Virus record (IMG/VR): IMGVR_UViG_2859810971_000008
Span: 1-35,162 of that record
From: a virus
Lineage: Duplodnaviria; Heunggongvirae; Uroviricota; Caudoviricetes
Length of the DNA stretch: 35,162 nucleotides
Strand: one strand, 5' to 3'
A model generated the notes under the pieces. The model saw only the letters and a program-made list of their open reading frames with translations. It was not told the origin of the DNA and did not search any database. This document shows, piece after piece, positions 1 through 9,953 of the stretch. Positions within the stretch are counted from its first letter, which is position 1. Every line of letters begins with the position of its first letter. The translations under genes were made by a program, and so were the position numbers.

Positions 1-1158
1 ATGCTCACCGTTAAGCAGATTGAAGCAGCAAAGCCGAAAGAAAAACCATACCGCCTTCTCGATGGTAATGGCCTGTACCTTTATGTCCCTGTATCAGGGA
101 AAAAGGTATGGCAGCTTCGCTACAAGATTGACGGTAAGGAAAAAATACTGACCGTAGGAAAATATCCACTAATGACTTTGCAGGAGACAAGAGATAAAGC
201 ATGGACCGCGAGGAAAGACATCTCGGTTGGCATCGATCCGGTAAAGGCGAAAAAGGCTTCGTCTAACAACAATTCCTTTAGTGCGATTTACAAGGAATGG
301 TACGAGCACAAGAAGCAAGTATGGTCAGTAGGGTATGCGACTGAACTTGCAAAAATGTTTGATGACGACATTTTACCTATCATCGGCGGCCTTGAAATTC
401 AGGATATTGAGCCGATGCAACTGCTGGAAGTAATCCGCAGATTTGAAGATCGCGGTGCAATGGAGCGAGCCAACAAAGCACGCAGAAGATGCGGAGAGGT
501 TTTCCGTTACGCTATTGTCACCGGAAGGGCTAAATATAACCCGGCACCTGACCTTGCTGACGCCATGAAGGGATACCGCAAGAAGAACTTCCCGTTTCTT
601 CCTGCAGACCAGATCCCGGCATTCAACAAAGCACTGGCAACATTTTCAGGAAGTATCGTATCGCTCATTGCGACCAAAGTTTTACGCTACACAGCCCTAA
701 GAACGAAAGAGCTTCGTTCCATGCAATGGAAGAACGTCGATTTTGAAAACAGGATTATCACTATCGACGCCAGTGTGATGAAGGGACGCAAGATTCATGT
801 TGTCCCGATGTCGGACCAGGTGGTTGAACTTCTCACTACGCTAATCTCCATCACCAAACCAGTATCAGAGTTTGTTTTTGCCGGGCGTAACGATAAGAAG
901 AAGCCAATCTGCGAGAACGCGGTATTGCTTGTGATCAAACAAATCGGCTATGAGGGTCTGGAAAGCGGTCACGGATTCAGGCATGAATTCAGCACGATTA
1001 TGAACGAGCACGAATGGCCCGCTGATGCTATTGAAGTGCAACTGGCACATGCCAACGGCGGATCTGTGCGCGGTATTTACAACCATGCTCAGTATCTCGA
1101 TAAGCGCAGAGAAATGATGCAGTGGTGGGCGGATTGGCTTGATGAAAAGGTGCTGTAA
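1..1158 (+). CDS. intS: Tyrosine recombinase/integrase, P4 (IntS)-type
   Basis: 385 aa ORF starting at nt 1; N-terminus MLTVKQIEAAKPKEKPYRLLDGNGLYLYV typical of P4-family integrases, C-terminal catalytic region with conserved R..H..R..Y spacing (HGFRHEF...VRGIYNHAQY). Recalled as near-identical to KplE1/CPS-53 IntS, unverified. Confidence 0.9.
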   Translation: MLTVKQIEAAKPKEKPYRLLDGNGLYLYVPVSGKKVWQLRYKIDGKEKILTVGKYPLMTLQETRDKAWTARKDISVGIDPVKAKKASSNNNSFSAIYKEWYEHKKQVWSVGYATELAKMFDDDILPIIGGLEIQDIEPMQLLEVIRRFEDRGAMERANKARRRCGEVFRYAIVTGRAKYNPAPDLADAMKGYRKKNFPFLPADQIPAFNKALATFSGSIVSLIATKVLRYTALRTKELRSMQWKNVDFENRIITIDASVMKGRKIHVVPMSDQVVELLTTLISITKPVSEFVFAGRNDKKKPICENAVLLVIKQIGYEGLESGHGFRHEFSTIMNEHEWPADAIEVQLAHANGGSVRGIYNHAQYLDKRREMMQWWADWLDEKVL

Positions 1159-1514
1159 TCCTCATATCCAACCTAAGAGATATGCACAATTTTGTGAATA
1201 AGATATTGAGAATTAGCGAAAAGTTTTATTTTGCGTATCATCAATTCAGAATACAAAGTTACATGCTAATGTTCTGCATTGGTATCTTTTGCTTATCCAT
1301 GTCTACATTATCGCCAAAAAAATAGGTTTTGTCTATCAATTATTTGAATTACTTCCATGAAATTATAACGCACTTGTAATTTTTGATTATTTTTACCTCT
1401 CAAGTGTTTTGTTTCTTCTATCTCTTTGTATTTTTAGCGAAAGTATGCCATATTGCATTCTAATATAACGTGGCGTTGTTTCTGTTTAATGATTTAAATA
1501 GTTCAACATAATAT

Positions 1515-2690
1515 TTGCTAACAAATTATATCCAAGCAAATCATATGATATTATCATTACAATATATTAGAGGAATAGCATCATTACTTGTTGTTTTATT
1601 CCACTTCAGATTCTTGCTAAATGAGCACTACTCTCAGAAAGATTTGGGTGACCTATTATTTGGGAATGGGCTGTCTGGAGTTGATATATTCTTCATATTA
1701 AGTGGATTTATCATCGTATACTCAACAAGAAAGAAGGAAGTTAATGATACTTTCTCATTCTCAATTAGAAGAATATTTAGAATATACCCATTACTAATCA
1801 CATGCTGTTGCATGTATTACATAATAAACACTCAATTTCTAACCTATGCTACAGTTGAAAACTTTAGAACCTTGCTTATTTCCATCATTCCATTAAATAT
1901 AAACTGGAATGAAGGTGCTCCATTCTTTGCCTATAATCTTTTGTACCCGGCCTGGACGATAACATATGAAATTGGTTTCTATGTTTTTTTCGGGGTATCA
2001 ATGTCTATTTCGCATAAATACAGAACAATTATCTGTTCTGTTTTTATAATCATGGTGGTCTCATTTACACAATACTATGTGAATGGAAATATATCATTTT
2101 CAGGTGATGTTAGTGCAGGGTTATTTACAGATAACTGGTTATTAGGATATACAAATGTTATTACATCTCCAATGATGTATGAATTCGTTATTGGGATGTT
2201 TCTTTCTGAAATATTTATAAACATCAACGAAAGCAAAAGTATTAAAAGGATACTTTCAAAGTATTCGCTTCAAATACTATGGATTTCATGTGGTATATCC
2301 ATAATATTATTCATTATCCAGCGACCTTATGGGCATGGATTGAATGGATTTGGGACTATGGCGATGATACTTATTGCATCATCATTAGTATATGAATACT
2401 GCAATATAACACCCAAAATAAAAATATTTAATTTCCTTGGTGAAATATCATATTCTTTATATCTAATTCACGCCGTGATACTTGCTTTGTTCTTCTATTA
2501 TAAGGCAGACCTTGCTGAAATTGGCATAACTGGTGGATTTTCTGTGTTTTTTTCCTTGGTTATTATCTCAATAACTGCATCATATCCAATATATATTCTC
2601 ATTGAAAAACCAATGATAAATATAGGCAAACGTTTAATTGACAAGAGAAATAAGAGCATTAATAAAAAAGAAACCGAAATAACAGCGTAA
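1515..2690 (+). CDS. Acyltransferase family 3 (AT3) integral membrane protein; putative O-antigen/LPS O-acetyltransferase (lysogenic conversion). Alternative start at 1545
   Basis: 391 aa, very hydrophobic with multiple predicted TM segments; N-terminal motif YIRGIASLLVVLFHF and SGVDIFFILSGFII typical of the Oac/OafA AT3 family; strongly AT-rich codon usage unlike the phage structural genes. Confidence 0.75.
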   Translation: MLTNYIQANHMILSLQYIRGIASLLVVLFHFRFLLNEHYSQKDLGDLLFGNGLSGVDIFFILSGFIIVYSTRKKEVNDTFSFSIRRIFRIYPLLITCCCMYYIINTQFLTYATVENFRTLLISIIPLNINWNEGAPFFAYNLLYPAWTITYEIGFYVFFGVSMSISHKYRTIICSVFIIMVVSFTQYYVNGNISFSGDVSAGLFTDNWLLGYTNVITSPMMYEFVIGMFLSEIFININESKSIKRILSKYSLQILWISCGISIILFIIQRPYGHGLNGFGTMAMILIASSLVYEYCNITPKIKIFNFLGEISYSLYLIHAVILALFFYYKADLAEIGITGGFSVFFSLVIISITASYPIYILIEKPMINIGKRLIDKRNKSINKKETEITA

Positions 2691-2704
2691 TAATGACAAA
2701 GTTA

Positions 2705-2729
2705 GTGCCGGATACCCCGGCACTTTTTA
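2705..2729 (+). terminator. Rho-independent terminator after the first AT3 gene
   Basis: GTGCCGG-ATACC-CCGGCAC hairpin followed by TTTTT immediately after the stop at 2688-2690. Confidence 0.5.
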
Positions 2730-4102
2730 ATCAATTTCGTAAGTGACAGTGATTATCACCTCTGCATTATTACCCAAAACATTTTGATATATATTCATAT
2801 TACCTGATAATGTAGTTGCTCCAGTAAGAGTTATATAACTACTATTTGCATCAACCCTTGGAAGTAAAGCGGTAACTGCTGTTGTTAAATTATTATAGTA
2901 GCCTGTACTTCCAACATATGCAGCTTTATTGCTTGATACATATGGTAACCCTCCAATTCTGAAACCATCTCCTGACCCAATTAAAGTTATACCAAGGTGA
3001 CATATTGCTGTTATGATATTGCCACTCCTGACATAATTTCCTTTCTGCTGATAATATGTGGCATTACCACCTACAGTCGGAATCCAAACTCCAGTTTCTA
3101 TATCACCACATGACCAGTCTTCTGCTGTTGTTAGTTTTCCAGTAACAATAAATTTACTTCCACCACCAGAATTATAAGGAACAAAAATTGGATTTATTCT
3201 TGCATAAGTGTTACCGGTCTGCTCATTAAGATCATTTCTATCAATAAGAACTTGACCATTTTCGAAGTTTGAAATCTGGCAGTCTGTTACACTCCAGTCT
3301 CTTAACTTCACATCAGCATCCATGACACCAATAAGCTTACCAGCATTACCAATTTTTTCTTTATGCATATTTACATACACATTTCTTACCGTAACAGACT
3401 GAGGGAACAGATAATTAGCAGGATTAGTTTTATCACTTAAAATAGATATTACCCAAGGTCTGTATTGAGTACTTACTTCACAATAAAATCCATCAATAAG
3501 CGTTCCAGATGCCGCTGGTCCAAGTAGTATTCCACCTGTAGAGTGATGCGCACTACCTCCAATTACTCTCCCCTTAACGCAGTTAATATAGGCAAAATAT
3601 CCTAAATCTTGATTGTCATAGGCTGACATAGCACAGTCTCTAACTGTTACTCGAGAATTTCCTCCGTCATAAGCTGAGCCATCAGTTTTCTTACCAACTA
3701 TTGATATAAAGTTACCAATAGCAACTCGACTATAAAAAGTTTTTTATAACACCCCTCAATTAAAATATCCCAGTTTTCAAACTGAGCATATATATCATAA
3801 GAGCTGGCATTCCCATAATCTATGAAATCACAACATCTTATTTTCGGCGTATAAACGGCACTTTTTATCTTTATACCACCTAATGCTCTCTCCCCACCTG
3901 TGAATCTAATGCCAGTAACGGTGTAATCGCCTTGATAGAAATTATCTGCGGTAGGATTATTTTCGTCAGAATCATCACCCAATATAATAGCAAATTCACT
4001 CCCTGAATAATTAATTGTCGCCCCCTTATTTGAATATATAGTTACAGGTCTTATAAACTCCAAAGAATTACTTATTAGATACTCTCCATAAGGAAAAAAA
4101 TC
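2727..4102 (-). pseudogene. Tailspike/tail-fibre-like receptor-binding protein remnant (beta-helix-like composition), frameshifted and lacking a start codon
   Basis: Two ORF fragments (3698..4063 and 2727..3629) in different frames; the lower frame stays open upstream to 3743, so the break is in the A/T run at 3735-3746. The upper fragment has only a TTG start and is open upstream to a stop at 4103-4105. Gly/Asn/Thr/Ser-rich repetitive sequence typical of tailspike beta-helices. AT-rich. Confidence 0.4.
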
Positions 4103-4455
4103 TCAACTGGTGGTGAGTACTTTGGTCTGGAGTTTACGTAATTCATAATATTGATTACACCAACATCATAGATAATCGCCACCTTCTGGCGAGGAGCTCC
4201 TGATGCAATTAATCGCCAGGCCTACGCCCATTATTCAGGGGTAAATTTTGGACGGAGCCCCCAATTCCATCCTCAATTCTCCCTCGCACTGAGGAGTAGT
4301 AAGTGCAATTATTTAAAAAATCGCAAACAGAATATTATCATTTATTCTTGCATTCTGTTAATTAAAACCACACATAAAAACGTTGATACTTGATAAGTAA
4401 GTAGAGTATTATTAATGGTTTTAATAACGAACCTTTTAATCATGAGAAGCCTCAA

Positions 4456-5481
4456 ATGACTAGTACCAATAACATAACAAGAAAAAAAATGGATGGAGTA
4501 ACAATCTTAAGATTTATAGCTGCTTTTTATGTGTTTATTTTTCACATTAACATGAGAGTCCCCGTTAATTTTGGAGAGCTTATTAATAAAACCATTAGCA
4601 ATGGCGTCATTGGCATGAGTATTTTCTTCATGCTTTCTGGTTTTGTTTTGACTTATAATTACTATGGTTCCTTGTCAAACAATTACTTCAGGAAGCGAAT
4701 AGCAAGAATATTTCCAGCCTATTTATTTTGTGGGCTTTTAACCCTCCCATTTTTGTTATCCAGCGATGCAAGCTTTTTAAAAATGATTGCAAGCATATTC
4801 TTGTTTGTTACTGGAATGCAATCATGGATTTATCAGACCTTCGATTTTTGGAATTTTAGCGGTACCTGGTCAATATCAGTGGAATTGTTTTTTTATGCCC
4901 TGTTTCCATTTTTGATAAAAAACATCAACAAAAACAATGTAATTTACGTTTTACTTTTTTCATATTTATCTTCAGCATTATTAATCCCATTATCTGATAT
5001 AATTCAGGGACCTGTAGTTTGGTCCGTATATTACGCAACTCCAATATACAGGTTACCAGAATTTGTGGTGGGCGTCTGTATCGCAATACTTTTTTTAAAT
5101 GGCTATCGTGTTAACCATTATACATGGCTATTAAGCATTTTATTATTTCTGTATGCTACCACCCAGCAAAACAATAACTCCATGGGGGTGAACTATCTCA
5201 CAATTCCTGCGATATCAATTATGTTATTGCACCTGGCAAAAATCAACATCAAAAACAATATTGCAAACAGAGCGATCATTTACTTTGGAGATATAAGTTA
5301 TTCGTTTTATTTGATGCAATTACCTATATTATATTACCTGGATCATAATAAAAACTCATTTATTCTTAACTATGGTCTTTTTAGCTGGCTTGTACTTTTT
5401 GTTATTAATACTGCAATGGCATCATTATCTTATCACTTTCTGGAGAAGAACGATAAAATCAGAAAAATAATCACATCCTGA
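4456..5481 (+). CDS. Acyltransferase family 3 (AT3) integral membrane protein; putative O-antigen O-acetyltransferase (Oac-like)
   Basis: 341 aa; motifs RFIAAFYVFIFH, FFMLSGFVLTY, multiple TM segments; size and motifs resemble phage-borne Oac-type O-acetylases; AT-rich. Confidence 0.8.
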   Translation: MTSTNNITRKKMDGVTILRFIAAFYVFIFHINMRVPVNFGELINKTISNGVIGMSIFFMLSGFVLTYNYYGSLSNNYFRKRIARIFPAYLFCGLLTLPFLLSSDASFLKMIASIFLFVTGMQSWIYQTFDFWNFSGTWSISVELFFYALFPFLIKNINKNNVIYVLLFSYLSSALLIPLSDIIQGPVVWSVYYATPIYRLPEFVVGVCIAILFLNGYRVNHYTWLLSILLFLYATTQQNNNSMGVNYLTIPAISIMLLHLAKINIKNNIANRAIIYFGDISYSFYLMQLPILYYLDHNKNSFILNYGLFSWLVLFVINTAMASLSYHFLEKNDKIRKIITS

Positions 5482-5482
5482 T

Positions 5483-5508
5483 TTATTAGGGGGACCTCCC
5501 CCTAATAA
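5483..5508. terminator. Perfect inverted-repeat hairpin between convergent genes (possible bidirectional terminator)
   Basis: TTATTAGGGGG-ACC-TCCCCCTAATAA: 11-bp perfect stem between the AT3 stop (5481) and the tfa stop (5523). No clear U-tract on either side. Confidence 0.35.
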
Positions 5509-5522
5509 TACACCACATAATT

Positions 5523-5933
5523 TCAACGTATTATCTCTGGTCTTTCAGGCCAGGTTATTTCTGGCACTAAAGATAAATCCACTGACATTAAACTATTAAC
5601 ATATTCCTTCCATAATAAAAGATTGCCCTTGTTATTTTCACTTATAATACCGAGTAACAAATCTGACTGCCAGTTCATAATTAAACTATTAGCACTATCC
5701 AGCAGACACTGTCTTTCATTCTCTGCCTCACGAAGTAATTCATCATGTGTTTTTGGCGGCTGCGTAGGTGACGAAAGCTTTCCCTTATCATAGAACCAAC
5801 CAATTCTTACATTATCGGATACAGGTATAACTAACGCATTAGTTGGTTGCCAGGCACTCTCACCATCCCATACAGCAATATTGGTAACAACACCATTTTC
5901 AATAACGGCATAGTTCATCATGCATACTCCCAA
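5523..5933 (-). CDS. Tail fibre assembly protein (Tfa family)
   Basis: 136 aa; N-terminus [19 protein letters not shown]... characteristic of lambda/Mu-type tail fibre assembly chaperones; directly downstream of the tail fibre gene. Confidence 0.8.
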   Translation of the reverse strand: MGVCMMNYAVIENGVVTNIAVWDGESAWQPTNALVIPVSDNVRIGWFYDKGKLSSPTQPPKTHDELLREAENERQCLLDSANSLIMNWQSDLLLGIISENNKGNLLLWKEYVNSLMSVDLSLVPEITWPERPEIIR

Positions 5934-6933
5934 ATGATTGCAATACCAGCCATTCCGCTACCTCCGGCACGCTGCTGCGTCGCTCCACCGTAAACACAGG
6001 CGCCACCGCCGCCGCCGCCATGGCCATTAGCATTAATACCTTCGCCTACAATGGCTTGCGACCCAGCCCCCGCACCAAGGATTGAATCGCCTCCAGGCCC
6101 ACCAATCGCCAGACTGCCAGAAAACCGAATGCCTGGTGAGTTATAACCACTTCCGGATCCGATAATATTGGCACCTGTAAATCCCGGTTCAGTATATGCC
6201 CCATACGGACCAACAACCCCAGGAGCAGTGCCTTCAGCAAGAACATTCCCACCAAGACCACCTTTGGCAATTATGGTATTGCCGAAAGAGGTTGCTCCCC
6301 CGGGAGCACCAACCGACGCACTTGCACCAGTGCCACCATATCCTATTGTCACAGTAGTTACGGTTGGATTATCCACGCGAGCTTTAACATACTCCCCGGA
6401 CATCCCCCGCCACCACAAGCAGCATTATTGGGATAACCGACCTGACAACCACCACCGGCCCCACCACCACCAACAATTTCAACAATAATAAATCTTGTGC
6501 CTTTTGTCGGAGTGTATGTACCTGAGCTTTTAAACACCTGACACTGTATAAGCCTCCCGGAGCCATCTCCCAAACCAAGATTTTCGAGAGCCGTTTTCAC
6601 CGTGCCGTCCGATTTAATATCACCAAACGGATTCTTGCGGCTCAGGTATTCAACAGCAAACCCCGATCCCAGCAATTCAACAAAACCGGGCAGATCACCA
6701 TTATCAAGCACATCCCGTTGCGTTTTATCACTTACAAACTGGGCCAGAGCTGCAGCAATAAAGCTGGCCTGCCGAATAACCTTATTGACTTGCGCACTGG
6801 AGGCTTTCCCTGCTGTAAATCCGGATAAAAGCGCGGGCAACGCTTCCCATTCCTCCTGCGATATAACATTGGCATTTCGATCCGTTGCAAACGCTTTAAA
6901 GTCATTTTTCGCCATCAGAGTAATACTCCCCAT
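5918..6933 (-). CDS. Tail fibre protein, glycine-rich; interrupted by a 1-nt frameshift (two ORF fragments 6358..6933 and 5918..6418)
   Basis: N-terminal fragment [33 protein letters not shown]... is a conserved tail-fibre N-terminus; the C-terminal fragment is Gly-rich. The frames join if the 5-C run at about 6404-6408 were 6 nt. Confidence 0.7.
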
Positions 6934-7595
6934 GCTCCTACATCAAAACCACTGATGAATTCGTTATCCATATCAAAACCAAAAAATTTTGAGCCTTCCG
7001 ATGGGGTTTCCACCGAAGGTGTTTCAATGCCACCCGCCCATACCCCGGCAGCTTTTACTGTGAGATACCCCTGTTTAATTGCCGCAATTAACTCACGCGA
7101 TACATCTGAAATATCAGTATCAGGAAAGACCCAGACCGATATCGTCATGTCCTGGTTATCGACTATCTGCATTCGCAGCCCGGATCCTGCTGTTGCAGCG
7201 TCAAGAATTGCCGGAAGCGAATCATTCCGTCCATCCCAGTTATTAATCGCAATCTTCGCTTTAAGAATGACACGATAAGTTTCATCGCTGAGGTACATGT
7301 ATCCGGAATCAGGATCGTATGGTCCCTGCCATACCCCCTGATCATATCCAAGCCCGTCGGTATCCCAGCTGAAATAGACACCTGAGATAGGCTGGCTGAC
7401 AACACGGCTACGTCCGATCCACAATCCCAGAATGTCAAGTTGCACACCAACCGCAGAGTCAATATCAAATGCAGTAATCAGCCCTCTGGTGGCAGCCGCA
7501 ACATCAATAAGCGGCCGGGTCATCAGATCAACATGCGCAAGAAATTTAGGTTTGGTGGCGTGGTAGTTCGTGATTAGTTCGGTGTATTTGCTCAT
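6915..7595 (-). CDS. Tail/baseplate protein (P2 gpI / Mu gp48-like, DUF2313-type)
   Basis: 226 aa ORF between baseplate J and the tail fibre gene, the conserved position of gpI/gp48-like proteins. Family assignment by position and recalled sequence character. Confidence 0.55.
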   Translation of the reverse strand: MSKYTELITNYHATKPKFLAHVDLMTRPLIDVAAATRGLITAFDIDSAVGVQLDILGLWIGRSRVVSQPISGVYFSWDTDGLGYDQGVWQGPYDPDSGYMYLSDETYRVILKAKIAINNWDGRNDSLPAILDAATAGSGLRMQIVDNQDMTISVWVFPDTDISDVSRELIAAIKQGYLTVKAAGVWAGGIETPSVETPSEGSKFFGFDMDNEFISGFDVGAWGVLL

Positions 7596-7605
7596 GACTC
7601 CACCG

Positions 7606-8790
7606 TTATAACGATATTTTCCGGGGTACAGGACGCAGATTCGTTGTATCTGATATCAATGTTTGATGACGACAAAGCCCCGGGGATTTCCCAATCGTCA
7701 GTTCCTGAATATCGTAATAGCGTGCATTCCCGCCACTCACCACGCCAAGATTCGCCGGTGAGTAAATGCGACTTAAAAGGACCGAATCACCAATCGTCAA
7801 ACTATTGATATAGTCGGAAATAGCCTGCTGGATCTGCTGCCCTATCTGTGAGGTATAACCCGTAAAAACTTTTAATTTAATCCGGGCATAAACAGGCACA
7901 TCACTGGAACGCGAGAATTTGATTACATGGGGATTGCCGTATTTATCCGGAACCGTAACGGATGTTGTACCGTGAGTGGCTGTCCCCTGGCCTTTATTCC
8001 CTCTGATAGCCTGAGCAATATCCGTCACATCACCGCCATCCACAATTACAGCAACAGAGTGTGGCGGTAACCCGTTACCGTCCTCCGAACCAGTATCGTT
8101 TTCATAGAGTTTGTGGCGGGTTACACCGGTAACATTAGAAACAGCACCATCCAGTGCTTCAAATGGGGTTATTGATGGCAACGCAACACTTTGCGACTGG
8201 CGGATACGTAACTCAGCATCAGTTTCTGCCGGAGAGCCAACAGTAGCCGCAGCAGGATTAGTTACCGAAACCCAGCCACGGGTTGGCGTATTAATTTCAG
8301 TGATAGTTCCAGCCAGCGCCGCCACTGCACCACTGACGGAACATGTTGCGGTCGCCATCACTGTACCATCCACGCCGACCACCACTGAAGCAGGCAAACG
8401 CCATATCACATTATTACTGTCTTTCACGCTGCCATTAATGATGGTTGTTCCGGCAGTTCCTGTAAGAAGCAAATCAACCGTAGAGTTCGTCGCGCCTTTA
8501 CGTGAAATACCATTTATTTTCACGTTACTGGTCAGTGCAGCCCCATAGCCGGTTGCCGGTGAAAAACAGTTGTAGACAGTTATCGCCATATTATTGGCAT
8601 CATGAATCGCCAGCGCCATCAGAGCCACCATCTGGCCGTCTTTGCTGTCCGGTTCGAGGTAGGCATCACTGCCATAAATCTGCTGAAAATAGCTAATCAG
8701 GGTGCTGAGTATCGTCTGATAATCAGGCGCACTGATCCCCTCCGCGGTTACCTTTGCAGATAAACCGAGAGAATCAAGGTTCAGAGCCAT
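7606..8790 (-). CDS. Baseplate J-like protein (P2 gpJ / Mu gp47 family)
   Basis: 394 aa; position between the gp46/W-like and gpI-like genes; size and sequence character typical of baseplate J proteins. Confidence 0.8.
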   Translation of the reverse strand: MALNLDSLGLSAKVTAEGISAPDYQTILSTLISYFQQIYGSDAYLEPDSKDGQMVALMALAIHDANNMAITVYNCFSPATGYGAALTSNVKINGISRKGATNSTVDLLLTGTAGTTIINGSVKDSNNVIWRLPASVVVGVDGTVMATATCSVSGAVAALAGTITEINTPTRGWVSVTNPAAATVGSPAETDAELRIRQSQSVALPSITPFEALDGAVSNVTGVTRHKLYENDTGSEDGNGLPPHSVAVIVDGGDVTDIAQAIRGNKGQGTATHGTTSVTVPDKYGNPHVIKFSRSSDVPVYARIKLKVFTGYTSQIGQQIQQAISDYINSLTIGDSVLLSRIYSPANLGVVSGGNARYYDIQELTIGKSPGLCRHQTLISDTTNLRPVPRKISL

Positions 8791-9143
8791 TACGCCTCCG
8801 ATGTAACAGTCGTTATTCCATAGAGAGTGTCGATTTCAGCGGAAAACATGACACGTCGGGTCGTGGTATCCACCGTCGTATTGAAAGAGAGGATTGATTT
8901 AACGCCCTGCGTTTCGAGGATGCGCTTACGGATCGCCAGGTTGTAAGTTTCTGGTTTTTGCCTGCCCAGCACGGACTGGATCCACGGTGTTCCCTCTGTG
9001 GTATCAAGAAACCATTGCCCATACCACAATTCGAATCGCGTTTTCACAGCCTGCGCCACGGCCTCAGGCGAGTTAATCAGCCAGGTGTCATCACCGCTGC
9101 CAAAGGTGTAATCGCCATCGGCGTCTTCACGTCTGTATCGCAT
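8790..9143 (-). CDS. Baseplate wedge protein (GP46 / gpW-like)
   Basis: 117 aa ORF immediately upstream of baseplate J with overlapping stop/start, the standard gpW/gp46 slot. Confidence 0.6.
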   Translation of the reverse strand: MRYRREDADGDYTFGSGDDTWLINSPEAVAQAVKTRFELWYGQWFLDTTEGTPWIQSVLGRQKPETYNLAIRKRILETQGVKSILSFNTTVDTTTRRVMFSAEIDTLYGITTVTSEA

Positions 9144-9894
9144 CAGTTTACCCCGTCGGTACTGCTTCCACCACGCTGAACACCACCATGAGTGTGTGTA
9201 TCATCGATTGGCTTGCCATTAGCCTTCACGCTCCCCAAAAACTCAACAGCACCAGTGATTTTTGAAGCCACACCAGAAACCACAGACCCCACCATGCCCC
9301 CCATCCAGGTTAACAGGCCATGAATGGTTACTTTCTCAGAAAAATCAGCCAGAGGGGCAACCACATCAAGCCCCCGGGAGCAACAATTTTAATTTTCCTG
9401 GTATCAGGATTAAGCTCAAAATAGGTGCTGCCGTCATCACTACGCAACTGTGTGGCACTGGTATTAATACCGCTAATCTTCCTTGCCTGCGACTGGGGAC
9501 CGACAATACAAAACGCATCCGATAAATCATGCATTCTGTCATCGACCGGCTCCTGTATCCCGCCACTCTGCCACCAGAAATCAATACAACGATCGGCAAA
9601 AATCACCAAACATTCATCACCGGCTTTTACCGGAAAAGTCAACGTGCAGCCTCCGCCGCGCGGGAATACCACTGGCACATCCACCAGCAATGGGTAATTT
9701 TTGGTAATGCGGTTGCCGTCGTTATCAATTTCAACGTAACGGATAGCAGGCTGTACAACCGCCGTCACCGCATCAGGAGCGAATGACTGAACAATGCCAG
9801 GCAAGGCGACACGGATCTGGTTCTTTGTTGTTTCCCGTTCAGATTTGAATGTTTCAGCAAGGTCGCCGCTGCGGGTCTGGTCAGATACTGCCAT
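9143..9894 (-). CDS. Baseplate assembly/spike protein V (Mu gp45-like); interrupted by a 1-nt frameshift (fragments 9328..9894 and 9143..9364)
   Basis: 188 aa N-terminal fragment plus 73 aa C-terminal fragment in another frame; the frames join (…KIVAPGGLDVVAPLADFSEK…) if the 5-C run at about 9371-9375 were 6 nt. GGAG Shine-Dalgarno ahead of the ATG at 9894. Confidence 0.6.
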
Positions 9895-9912
9895 TTAGTA
9901 GGCTCCAGAAAG

Positions 9913-9936
9913 CAAAAAACCCGCCGGGTGGCGGGT
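9913..9936 (-). terminator. Rho-independent terminator after the moron gene
   Basis: Minus-strand ACCCGCC-ACCC-GGCGGGT hairpin followed by TTTTTTGCTTT, 18 nt after the stop of the 79-aa gene. Confidence 0.6.
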
Positions 9937-9953
9937 TCATTATTGAAGTTTCA

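Noticed and set aside
1159-5520. A self-contained anti-phage defence system in the AT-rich island
   Set aside because: The ORFs here are two polytopic membrane acyltransferases and a virion-type remnant; no nuclease, ATPase, methyltransferase, toxin-antitoxin or other defence-like domains were recognisable. Surface modification is the simpler explanation.
6046-6488. Plus- and minus-strand ORFs (74-106 aa, Pro/Gly-rich) overlapping the tail fibre gene
   Set aside because: They are alternative-frame shadows of a Gly-rich coding region (GGN/CCN codon repeats), with no start context or independent signal.
8111-8696. Plus-strand ORFs antisense to baseplate J
   Set aside because: Antisense open frames inside a GC-rich gene; low-complexity Ala/Ser/Thr/Val-rich translations; no ribosome-binding site.
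6404-9375. Phase-variable homopolymeric tracts controlling tail fibre and gpV expression
   Set aside because: The tracts are only 4-5 nt, far shorter than known slipped-strand switches, and the same lesion type recurs in unrelated genes; sequencing error or decay is more parsimonious.
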